NCBI GenBank assembly: GCA_025774805.1
Contig: JALGZR010000021.1
Location: forward strand, 1-37,927
Reading direction: 5' to 3'
DNA: 37,927 bases
Source of the DNA: a bacterium
Lineage (GTDB): Bacteria; ARS69
Of this stretch, positions 18,919-27,038 are shown piece after piece. A program made the translations under genes and the position numbers. Positions within the stretch are counted from its first letter, which is position 1; every line of letters begins with the position of its first letter. Under the pieces are notes generated by a model that was not told where the DNA came from, did no database searches, and worked only from the letters and a program-made list of their open reading frames with translations.

Positions 18919-20069
18919 GCTCTCCCGCCGCCCGTTTCGACGCCCCGGCCACCCCGGCGGAGAGGGAAGAGCTCGTCCGCCTGCGACGTGACTTCCACCG
19001 CCATCCCGAGATCGCTTTCGAGGAAGTGCGGACCGCGGGCGTCGTGGCCGCGCGCCTGCGGGAGCTCGGCTACGAGATCCGCGAGAAGATGGCCGGGACC
19101 GGCGTGATCGCGACGCGCGGGAACGGCGAGCGAACCCTCTTCGTCCGGGCGGACATGGACGCGCTTCCCGTCGAGGAGGCGAACGAGGTCGAGTACCGGA
19201 GTCGCACCGTGGGAGTGATGCACGCGTGCGGGCACGACGGGCACACCGCGATCAACCTGATGGTGGCCGCCCGCTGGGCGGAGGGCGACCTCCCGGGAAG
19301 GATCCGATTCGGGTTCCAGCCGGCGGAGGAACGGGGCGTCGGGGCCGACCGGATGATCGAGGAGGGGGCGCTCGAGGGAGTCGACGCCGCGCTCGGCCTC
19401 CATCTCTGGAACTACCTTCCGGTCGGCACGGTCGGCGTCATCCCCGGTCCGGCCATGGCCTCGGTCGACGAGTTCCGCGTGGAGGTTCGGGGACGGGGCG
19501 GTCACGCCGCGATGCCCCACCAGTGCGACGATCCCATCGTGACGGCGGCGGATCTCGTCCTCGACTTCCAGACGATCGTCAGCCGGAGCGTCGATCCCCT
19601 GGAGACCGCGGTGGTTTCGGTGACCTCGATCGAGGGAGGAGACGCCTACAACGTGATCCCCGACCGCGTGAGCATGCGGGGCACGGTGCGCACGTTCGAC
19701 TCTGCGGTGCGGCGGGAGGTTCACCGGCGGCTCCGAGAGATCGTCGGGGAGAGGGGAGCGATCGAGATCGACTTGATCACCCGGCCTCTCGTCAATGATG
19801 CGCGCATGTGCGCGATCGTGGCGGAGGCGGCCGGCGCCGTCGTCGGCGAGGAGAACGTCCGGGCGGACGGGAAGTCGATGGGCGGCGAGGACTTCGCGTC
19901 CGTGCTCGCCGCGGTTCCCGGCTGCTTCTTCTTCGTGGGATCGGGCGGACCCGAAGGCGCCCACCCGCACCACAATCCCCGGTTCGACATCGACGAGCGC
20001 GCCCTGCCGATCGGGCTGGAGGTGATGTCCCGGGCGGCGCGTCTCTATCTCGAACGGGGGCTCGCGTGA
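18915..20069 (+). CDS. M20D-family amidohydrolase (hippurate hydrolase, aminoacylase or AbgA-like)
   Basis: GTGA overlap with the upstream gene. Conserved M20 metal-binding region (VMHACGHDGH) and a dimerisation-domain pattern. Confidence 0.85.
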   Translation: MSSPAARFDAPATPAEREELVRLRRDFHRHPEIAFEEVRTAGVVAARLRELGYEIREKMAGTGVIATRGNGERTLFVRADMDALPVEEANEVEYRSRTVGVMHACGHDGHTAINLMVAARWAEGDLPGRIRFGFQPAEERGVGADRMIEEGALEGVDAALGLHLWNYLPVGTVGVIPGPAMASVDEFRVEVRGRGGHAAMPHQCDDPIVTAADLVLDFQTIVSRSVDPLETAVVSVTSIEGGDAYNVIPDRVSMRGTVRTFDSAVRREVHRRLREIVGERGAIEIDLITRPLVNDARMCAIVAEAAGAVVGEENVRADGKSMGGEDFASVLAAVPGCFFFVGSGGPEGAHPHHNPRFDIDERALPIGLEVMSRAARLYLERGLA

Positions 20070-20599
20070 AGTTCCGGATGGGGCATCCGCTCGAGGACCA
20101 CTTCGAGGGGGATCCGCCGACCTGCACGAAGTGCGGTCACGTCCACTACCTCGATCCCAAGGTGGCCGCCTGCGTCATCTTCCGGTGGGGCGACGGCGTG
20201 TTCCTGATGCGGCGGTCGATCGAGCCCGGTCTCGGGCGATGGACGTTTCCGGGCGGGTTCGTCGACGGGGGCGAGACGCTGGAGGAGGCCGCGAGGCGCG
20301 AGGCCCGGGAGGAGGCCGGCTGCGAGGTGCGCCTCGACGACCTGCTCGGCGTCTACAGCTATCCGGGGAAGACGTTCGTCATCGTCATCTACCGGGCAAC
20401 GGTCGTGGAGGGAACGCCGTACTGCCGGTCCGAGGGCCTCGAGGCGCGGTCGTTTCCCGACGCGGAGATTCCCTGGGACGAGCTCGCCTTCTCCAGCACC
20501 CGAGAGGGCCTCCGCGACTACCTGGCCGCCGACGCCGAGCCGACGCGGGTGGGCCGATCCCGGAATCTGGAGGGAGCCGGAGGCTCCGACCCCGCTTGA
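20066..20599 (+). CDS. NUDIX hydrolase with an N-terminal zinc ribbon (CTKCGH)
   Basis: GTGA overlap with the M20 gene. Nudix box GGFVDGGETLEEAARREAREEAG. The alternative ATG at 20078 is also possible. Confidence 0.8.
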   Translation: MKFRMGHPLEDHFEGDPPTCTKCGHVHYLDPKVAACVIFRWGDGVFLMRRSIEPGLGRWTFPGGFVDGGETLEEAARREAREEAGCEVRLDDLLGVYSYPGKTFVIVIYRATVVEGTPYCRSEGLEARSFPDAEIPWDELAFSSTREGLRDYLAADAEPTRVGRSRNLEGAGGSDPA

Positions 20600-20613
20600 G
20601 CGTAGAGCGCCCG

Positions 20614-20635
20614 AGCCTGGTGAGATATGCAGGCT
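20614..20635 (+). repeat. Copy d of the repeat family (agcctggtgagatatgcaggct) between convergent genes
   Basis: AGCCTG-GTGAGATATG-CAGGCT with perfect 6-bp arms. It lies between the NUDIX stop and the LonC-like stop. Confidence 0.6.
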
Positions 20636-23087
20636 ACGGGTGGCCGTACTCGCGCATCTGCTCGGCGAGCTCGCGGAGGCGCTTGTCGACGCGCCCGTTC
20701 ACCGAGTCGCGCGGGTAGCGACGCCTGCCCTCCTTCTTTCCGGCGACGACCCCGGTCAGGATCTCGATGCCCTCGTCAATCGTGGCCACGGCGTAGATGT
20801 GGAACTTCCCGTTCCGGACCGCCTCGACGACCCGGGGGTAAAGCATGAGATCGGCCCGATTCGCCTCGGGGACCATCACGCCCTGGCGGCCGGTGAGCCC
20901 CTTCGCGGCGCACGCGTCGTAGAAGCCCTCGATCTTCTCGTTCGCGCCGCCGATCGGCTGGATCTCCCCCTTCTGGTTCACGGAGCCGGTCACCGCGATC
21001 TCCTGGCGGATGGGGATCCCCGACAGCGACGAGAGAAGGGCGTAGAGCTCGGTGGAAGAGGCACTGTCGCCGTCGACGCCGTGGTAGGACTGCTCGAAGC
21101 AGACCGAGGCGCTCAGCGTGAGCGGCTTCTCCTGCGCGTACTTCTCCCGGATGAACCCCGCGAGGATCTGCATTCCCTTGTCGTGGGTCCGTCCCGAGAG
21201 GTCGGCCTCGCGCTCGATGTTGATGATGCCCGCGTTGCCCATGCTCACCGTCGCGGTGATCTTGGACGGGATGCCGAAGCTGAACTCACCGGAGTCGTAG
21301 ACCGCCAGGCCGTTCACCTCGCCGACCTGGCGACCGTCCACGTCGATGAAGATCGTCCCCTCCCGTATCAGGTCCTGCATCTTCTCCATGGAGAGGTTGT
21401 GCCGGTAGTCCCGCTCCTCCCGGGCCCGGCGCACGTGCTCGAAGTGGACCCTCGGCGCGTTCTCCTTGCGGGCGAAGTGGCTCGCCTCCCGGGCGAGATC
21501 GGCGATCCGGTGGAAGCGGGTCGAGAGCTTGCGCCTCCGCCCGGCGAGACGGCTGCCGTGCTCGACGAGCTCGGCAACGCCGGTCCGGTCGAAGGGCAGG
21601 ATCTCCTCCTCGTCCACGAGCCCTTGGACGAAGCATCCGTAGAGCCGGCGGTTCTCCGGATCGTTGTCCATCTCGGTGTCGAAGTCGGCGCGGACCTTGA
21701 AGATCTTCTTGAAGTCCTCGTCGTAGTGGTAGAGAAGCGCGTAGAGATGGGCGTCTCCGATGAGGACGACCTTCACGCAGATGCGCACCGGTTCCGGCTT
21801 GATGGCCGGCGGCCCCAGAACGACGAACGGCTCGGAGATCGGAATCTCCAGGAGGCCGGTGCGCAGGGTCCGCTTGAGCGTGTTCCAGACGAACGCGGGC
21901 TCGTGGAAGAGGTCCGACGCGTTCAGCACCAAGTATCCGCCGTTGGCCGCGTGCAGGCTGCCCGCCCGGATCCGCGTGTGATCGACCGTCTCCTCGCCGC
22001 CCCGGGACCACTTCCTCTCGATGATGCCGAAGAGCTGGGCCGAGGCCGGCGTGTTCTCCACGACGACCGGCGCGCCTTTCGTCCCGGAGTGGTCCACGAC
22101 CAGGTTCACCTGGTACTCGACGACTCCGCTGCCGGGGAAATCCCCCTCGCTCTCGCTCCCCTCGCCCTTCTCCTCCCCCTCGTCGGTCGACGTGAACGGG
22201 GCGAGGTGCGTCAGCAGGTGCTCCTCGACCTGGCCGATCCACTCCAGGACGCTGGACTGCTCGGTGAACTCCTCTCGGATCTCGTCGACGCAGTGCTTCA
22301 CGAGCGGGCGAATCGTGTTGCGGTCGTGCTCGGCGAACGCCGAGTTCATCTCGCTGTCGATCTTCATCGCCCCTTTCACGACCTCTTGGAGCTCGCCGTG
22401 GTACTCGCGGTGCTTCTCGCGAAGCTCCTCGAGTCGCTCCTTCGGGAACTCGCCGGCCTCGACCGCCTGTTCGAGATCGGTGAGGAACTTCGGCTCTCCG
22501 TCGACGACGGGAACGACCTCCGGGTTCGTCATCGGACCGACCTGGACCTGGACGAGGGCGAAACCCTCCGCGCCCACCCTCTCCTCGAAGGTCTGGATCA
22601 GCTCGCGGGTCCGCGTCCGGAAGCGATCGCGAATCTGCTCCTTGCCCTTCCGGTAGGGCTCGCTTTCGAAGATCTGGGGAATGTCCCGGCCGAGATGCCG
22701 GATCACCCGCTGCATTCCGTCGCGCAGCCGCGCTCCCTTGCCCGCCGGAACGAACAGTGCGCGCGGCCGGTCCGGCTTCGAGAAGTTGTGGACGTAGCAG
22801 AGATCGTCCGGCGGTACGGTTCCCCGATCGAGGTGTTGGAGAACCCGCTGGATGGTCGTGTTCCGGCCCGTGCCGACGAACCCCGACACGAAGATGTTGT
22901 AGCCGGGCGACCTCATCTCCAGTCCGAGCGTGATCGCGCGGAGGGCCCGCTCCTGTCCGATGATCTCGCGCACCGGATCGAGCTCGCTGGTGCAGTCGAA
23001 GTCGAACGAGTCCGGGTCGCAGACCCAGCGCAGGTCCTCGGGCGGCAGGGGTGGGCGGTCGGGGGCTTCGGGGAGCTTGTCGGTCAT
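20634..23087 (-). CDS. LonC-like or Lon-related ATP-dependent protease homolog (COG1067-like). It has a C-terminal S16 Lon protease domain and a degenerate Walker A
   Basis: Ser-Lys dyad region GDSAS...IGGANEK aligns with E. coli Lon GPSAG...GGLKEK. AAA-like domain with GFVGTGRNT in place of GxxxxGK[ST]. Start moved to the internal ATG 23087, which has gcgaggagaatcgATG; the ORF formally extends to 23360. Confidence 0.8.
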   Translation of the reverse strand: MTDKLPEAPDRPPLPPEDLRWVCDPDSFDFDCTSELDPVREIIGQERALRAITLGLEMRSPGYNIFVSGFVGTGRNTTIQRVLQHLDRGTVPPDDLCYVHNFSKPDRPRALFVPAGKGARLRDGMQRVIRHLGRDIPQIFESEPYRKGKEQIRDRFRTRTRELIQTFEERVGAEGFALVQVQVGPMTNPEVVPVVDGEPKFLTDLEQAVEAGEFPKERLEELREKHREYHGELQEVVKGAMKIDSEMNSAFAEHDRNTIRPLVKHCVDEIREEFTEQSSVLEWIGQVEEHLLTHLAPFTSTDEGEEKGEGSESEGDFPGSGVVEYQVNLVVDHSGTKGAPVVVENTPASAQLFGIIERKWSRGGEETVDHTRIRAGSLHAANGGYLVLNASDLFHEPAFVWNTLKRTLRTGLLEIPISEPFVVLGPPAIKPEPVRICVKVVLIGDAHLYALLYHYDEDFKKIFKVRADFDTEMDNDPENRRLYGCFVQGLVDEEEILPFDRTGVAELVEHGSRLAGRRRKLSTRFHRIADLAREASHFARKENAPRVHFEHVRRAREERDYRHNLSMEKMQDLIREGTIFIDVDGRQVGEVNGLAVYDSGEFSFGIPSKITATVSMGNAGIINIEREADLSGRTHDKGMQILAGFIREKYAQEKPLTLSASVCFEQSYHGVDGDSASSTELYALLSSLSGIPIRQEIAVTGSVNQKGEIQPIGGANEKIEGFYDACAAKGLTGRQGVMVPEANRADLMLYPRVVEAVRNGKFHIYAVATIDEGIEILTGVVAGKKEGRRRYPRDSVNGRVDKRLRELAEQMREYGHP

Positions 23088-25564
23088 CGATTCTCCTCGC
23101 TCTCGTTCGATTCCGTATCGGGTGCGTTCCCCGGCTCTCCCGCTTCGGGCGTCGGCCACGAGATCCGGACCGGTGGGCAGTCCAAGGCGTGAAACGCTGC
23201 GGGAGAGGAAAGGTTCTCGAGGGAAAAGGCGACGCGGATCGGCCAGGAGGCCGTTCCCCGCCGGGGGTCGCCGTCGAGGCGGATCCGCTGGCCGCTTCCC
23301 TCGATCAAGGTCTCTTCCCCGGGCCAGTCGACCGGAACCGCGATCGGTTGCGCGACCCATCCCGCCGCGTCATGGAGCTTGAACGGGGAGCCGCGACCGG
23401 TGAGAACGAGCTCGAAGTCCACGACCGGGAGATCGGAGGAGAGGACGAGCTCCAAACTCAGGTGTCCGTCCCGCGGCGCGGGCTCGTTCCGAGGAGGGAC
23501 GTGCTCCACGGATCGGACCCGAAGCGACCACGGTCCCGCGGTCACCGGGCGTCCGATCCCCGCGGCGGGCCGTCCCTGCAGGTGTCGATCGAACCACTCC
23601 GCCGCCCGCTCGAACGCGTCGATCCGGTGCGACGGAACGGTGAGGCTCGTCCCTTCTCGCGGATAGACGACGAGCTCGACCTCGGCCCCCCGCTCCTCGA
23701 GCGCGGCGTGGAGCCGCCGGAGGTCGGCCAGGCGGGCGTCGTCGGCGGCGCCGTGCAGGGCGAGCACGGGGGTGGCCACGGTCTCCGGGGAATCGTCCCG
23801 GGAGTCGGCGTCGGATTCGCTTTCGTGGTGGGTGGGGAGCACGTCGGGGTCGGGGAGGGAGACCGCCGCCGCGAATCGATCCGTGGCCGCGATCGCCTCG
23901 TACGCGAGCGATCCGCGCCAGAGCCCGCCGAGGATCCCGAGGCGCTCCGGATCCGCGATTCCCTCGGCCACGAGGTGGTCGACGCCGGCCATCAGGTCGG
24001 TGAGACCGGCGCGAGCCGGATCGCCGGCGCCCGCGACGTTGAAGTCGGCTCCGTAACCGCTGCTCCCGCGCGGGTTGACGCCGAGAACGGCGTATCCCCG
24101 GGAGGACCACGCGTGGAATCGGTGCGTCCGCAGCGTGTTCGTCGTGTTCGAGCCGGGCCCCTCCCCCGCGCACAGGATCGTGGGCAGAGGGGAGGAGTCG
24201 TCCCGACCGCCGGGAAGCACGAGGACCCCCTCGACCTCCCCGCCGTCGGACGTGGACCAGCGGATCACCCGAGACTCGGCCGTCACCCTCGACGAGATCT
24301 CCCGGTTCAGGTCGGTCACGGGGATGATGTAGTCGTCGTCGAACGTCCAGGTGCAGACTTCCGGCGCCCGGTCCGGCCCCTCGTGCACGAACGCGGCCTT
24401 GCGCCCGCTCGAGTGGCCCGCGAGATGCCGGACCCGTCCGGGATCGCCGTGCACCCGCTTGACGATGCGGCTGTTCGGAAACAGGCGGGCGAGGACCTCG
24501 TTCGTCCCGTCCTCGAGGATGGCGAGGATCCGATCCGAGCCCTTGCCGGTCGCGATCTCGACGACGTCCCGATCGATTCGCTCGGAGATGAGCTCCCACT
24601 CCCCGCCGGCGGCGGGCACCGCGTAGACGTTCGCCTGGGAGCGGCTCTTCGTGGAGTCGAGCGCGGCCAGGAAGTAGATCACCTCTCCGTCGTTCGACCA
24701 CCGGGGGAAGCGCTCGGGCCCGGGACGGTCGAGGATGCGTCTCACCTCCCCGGTGGCGATCTCCAAAACGTACAGGTCCGACTTCGCACGATCGGCGGGA
24801 TCCCCGGTTCCGTTCGAGGCGAACGCGATGCGCTCTCCGTCGAAGGAGAGGGCGTATTCCCCGATCCCCGGATCCCCCGCGTGGATTCGCCGAGCTCCTT
24901 CCCCGTCGGGAGGAATCAGCCAGAAGACCTTCGGCCGTCTCTCCCGCTCGATCGACCACGCGTCGACATCGGGGGGGATCCGTTCCTCCCCGGGACTCGA
25001 CTCGTCGGGGGGCGGGGGGCTCTCACTGAGGACGATCATCGACCCGTCCGGCCGCCACGCGTAGGACTCGACCCCCTCGGGTAGGTCCGTCCACGGGATC
25101 GCCTCGCCGCCGACGAAGGGGAGGATCCAGACCTGGCGCAGTGCGCCCTCGCCGCGCGCCGAGAGAAAGGAGAGGAGATCTCCGCCCGGAGAGAAGGCGG
25201 GGGAGGTGGCGTCCTCGTCCTCCCGGGTGACCGGCCGGTGGAATCGCTCCTTGGACTCGGGCCGTCCTCGGATCTTGGCCACGATTCCCCGGAGCGTCTT
25301 CCACTCCTTCGAGTCGAGGAGATGGATCCGGCGGCGGACGGTGTGCGTCTCCAGGTCCGCGGACTCCACCTCGAAGGCGAGACGACGGCCGTCCTCGGCG
25401 AACGCGATGTTCGAGGGCTCGGCGGTGCCCACGAGGTCCCGGATCGTGATCTCCCCCTCCGCGCGTCCGGGGGTGAGCGCGAGGGCGAGAGCGAGGGCGA
25501 AAGCGAGGACGGGCGGCTCGAGTGCCGCAAGACCCTGTTTCGGTACGACCGGACTGCGAATCAT
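23084..25564 (-). CDS. Secreted S9 (prolyl oligopeptidase / acylaminoacyl-peptidase)-like protein with an N-terminal TolB-like beta-propeller. The nucleophile motif is apparently substituted
   Basis: Signal peptide LAFALALALALTPG. The S9 oxyanion motif NPRGSSGYG, the Asp (LHGAADD) and the His (PSHRID) are present, but the GGSYGG position reads GGLWRG (Ser to Leu). ATGA overlap with the downstream LonC-like gene. RBS ggagagg. Confidence 0.8.
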   Translation of the reverse strand: MIRSPVVPKQGLAALEPPVLAFALALALALTPGRAEGEITIRDLVGTAEPSNIAFAEDGRRLAFEVESADLETHTVRRRIHLLDSKEWKTLRGIVAKIRGRPESKERFHRPVTREDEDATSPAFSPGGDLLSFLSARGEGALRQVWILPFVGGEAIPWTDLPEGVESYAWRPDGSMIVLSESPPPPDESSPGEERIPPDVDAWSIERERRPKVFWLIPPDGEGARRIHAGDPGIGEYALSFDGERIAFASNGTGDPADRAKSDLYVLEIATGEVRRILDRPGPERFPRWSNDGEVIYFLAALDSTKSRSQANVYAVPAAGGEWELISERIDRDVVEIATGKGSDRILAILEDGTNEVLARLFPNSRIVKRVHGDPGRVRHLAGHSSGRKAAFVHEGPDRAPEVCTWTFDDDYIIPVTDLNREISSRVTAESRVIRWSTSDGGEVEGVLVLPGGRDDSSPLPTILCAGEGPGSNTTNTLRTHRFHAWSSRGYAVLGVNPRGSSGYGADFNVAGAGDPARAGLTDLMAGVDHLVAEGIADPERLGILGGLWRGSLAYEAIAATDRFAAAVSLPDPDVLPTHHESESDADSRDDSPETVATPVLALHGAADDARLADLRRLHAALEERGAEVELVVYPREGTSLTVPSHRIDAFERAAEWFDRHLQGRPAAGIGRPVTAGPWSLRVRSVEHVPPRNEPAPRDGHLSLELVLSSDLPVVDFELVLTGRGSPFKLHDAAGWVAQPIAVPVDWPGEETLIEGSGQRIRLDGDPRRGTASWPIRVAFSLENLSSPAAFHALDCPPVRISWPTPEAGEPGNAPDTESNESEENR

Positions 25565-25670
25565 TTCCTCTCCGGGTCGGGGCCCGGATCATACCGGGAA
25601 GCGCGCGGTCTGGGGAGTGGTTCCCCCCGGCGGGGGACCGGGGTAGGATCGCCGTCCCGGAGGTGGACCC

Positions 25671-26939
25671 GTGAGCTCCCCTTCTCCCGTTCCCGACCCC
25701 GCTCCCGGCCACGCGCCGGGCCGACCGCGCGGCCGAAAGCCGGGCCGAGCGCCGGTTCGCGCGCCGGGCCGACCGCGTGGCCTCGCCTCCGACCGCCCGC
25801 CCGACCCGGCGCCGACGGAGCCGCCGCCGGCGGCGATCGACGCCTACCGCGAAGCGCTCGGACCCTGGTTTCGGGCCCACGGGCGCGATCTGCCGTGGCG
25901 CCGCGATCCCACGCCTTACCGGGTCTGGGTTTCCGAGATGATGCTCCAGCAGACCCGCGTCGAAACGGTCATTCCGTACTTCGAGCGGTTCGTCACGCGC
26001 TTCCCCGACGTGGGCGCCCTCGCGGCCGCGCCGGAGGAGGAGGTTCTGGAATCCTGGAGCGGGCTCGGGTACTACCGGCGGGCCCGAATGCTCGCCGCCG
26101 GCGCGCGCGAGGTCGTCGCCCGGCACGGCGGGCGCTTTCCCGACGACGAGCGGGCCGCCCTCGCCCTCCCCGGCATCGGACGATACGCGGCCGGGGCCAT
26201 CCGCTCCATCGCTCTGGGAGCGCGCGCCCCCGTGCTCGACGGAAACGTGACGCGCGTTTTGACTCGGGTCTTCGGAATCCGCGGGGATCCCTCGCGCGCT
26301 CCGGTGAGAGGTCTTCTCTGGCGGATCGCGGGAAGGGTCGTGGAGCGCGGAGATCCCGGCGAGCTCAACCAGGCCCAGATGGAGCTCGGCGCCATCGTGT
26401 GCGCCCCGCGCGACCCGGACTGTGAGCGCTGTCCGCTCGCCGCGCTCTGCGTGGCCCGGCGGGAGGGAATCATCGAAGACCTGCCGGAGCTCCGCCCCCG
26501 TCGGAGGACGGTGGAGGTCGCCTGCACCGTTCTGCTGGTCCGCCACGGGGACGCCGTTCTCCTTCGCCGAAGGCTCCCCGGCGAGCTCCTCCCGGGAATG
26601 TGGGATCTTCCCGGCGCGTTCACGGGGACGGCCGACGATCGCTCGACCGGGATCGCGGCGGCCGGCGCTCTTCTTCCGTGGCCGGTCGAGGCCGGCCGAA
26701 CTCTCGGCACCGTGAAGCACGCGATCACGTACCGCCGGATCTCCCTGGAGGTGCGGGAGGCTTCCCCCGCGGAACCGTTCCGTGAACGGCGCGCGGCCGG
26801 CGGCCGGCGCGGCCCGGACGGGGCGGAGCTCACGTGGCTCCCGGGTGAAGAGGCGCTGGGCAAGGCCCTCTCCGCTCCCGCCCGAAAGGTGATCCGCCGG
26901 TGGGGTCTCGCGCCTGGGCCGGAGGGGGACTCGGCTTGA
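25671..26939 (+). CDS. mutY: A/G-specific adenine DNA glycosylase MutY with an N-terminal Arg/Pro-rich low-complexity extension
   Basis: HhH-GPD core (VWVSEMMLQQTRVETV), a 4Fe-4S Cys cluster (CAPRDPDCERCPLAALC) and a C-terminal NUDIX-like domain. GTG start after ggaggtgg. Confidence 0.9.
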   Translation: MSSPSPVPDPAPGHAPGRPRGRKPGRAPVRAPGRPRGLASDRPPDPAPTEPPPAAIDAYREALGPWFRAHGRDLPWRRDPTPYRVWVSEMMLQQTRVETVIPYFERFVTRFPDVGALAAAPEEEVLESWSGLGYYRRARMLAAGAREVVARHGGRFPDDERAALALPGIGRYAAGAIRSIALGARAPVLDGNVTRVLTRVFGIRGDPSRAPVRGLLWRIAGRVVERGDPGELNQAQMELGAIVCAPRDPDCERCPLAALCVARREGIIEDLPELRPRRRTVEVACTVLLVRHGDAVLLRRRLPGELLPGMWDLPGAFTGTADDRSTGIAAAGALLPWPVEAGRTLGTVKHAITYRRISLEVREASPAEPFRERRAAGGRRGPDGAELTWLPGEEALGKALSAPARKVIRRWGLAPGPEGDSA

Positions 26940-26980
26940 CGGCCCCGATGCCGAACCCTATCTTGGGAAACGCTGGAGAA

Positions 26981-27003
26981 CTGTAACTTTCTGAATTGCA
27001 ATG
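26981..27003 (+). promoter_or_regulatory. Conserved motif copy 2 (ctgtaactttctgaattgcaatg), upstream of the acyl-CoA dehydrogenase. It overlaps a possible 13-codon uORF (27001-27042)
   Basis: 21 of 23 identities with the copy at 9853-9876. It contains the palindromic ATTGCAAT. The uORF ATGagttcc...gagATGA stop overlaps the ACAD start codon. Confidence 0.4.
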
Positions 27004-27038
27004 AGTTCCCGGGTCGCTGGCCGACCCGCTTCGCGGAG

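Noticed and set aside
20627-20848. 73-aa ORF starting at the ATG inside repeat copy d (MQATGG...)
   Set aside because: The start is created by the repeat's SD+ATG. The ORF runs antisense into the LonC-like 3' coding region with an Arg-rich nonsense translation.
20640-23192. 850-aa plus-strand ORF covering the LonC-like locus
   Set aside because: The opposite strand encodes a protein with clear Lon protease-domain motifs. This frame gives a low-complexity Leu/Arg/Asp/Gly-rich translation.
24890-24960. Sequencing frameshift as the explanation for the missing S9 nucleophile serine
   Set aside because: The local codons were read directly (ggc ggg ctc tgg cgc gga tcg). Neither a +1 nor a -1 shift yields GGSYGG. 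The flanking S9 blocks remain in frame, so the substitution appears genuine, although a base-calling error cannot be excluded without the reads.
23051-25084. 677-aa plus-strand ORF and 529-aa minus-strand ORF (23370-24959) overlapping the S9-like gene
   Set aside because: These are alternative frames of the S9-like gene region. Only the 23084-25564 minus frame gives S9 motifs and a signal peptide.
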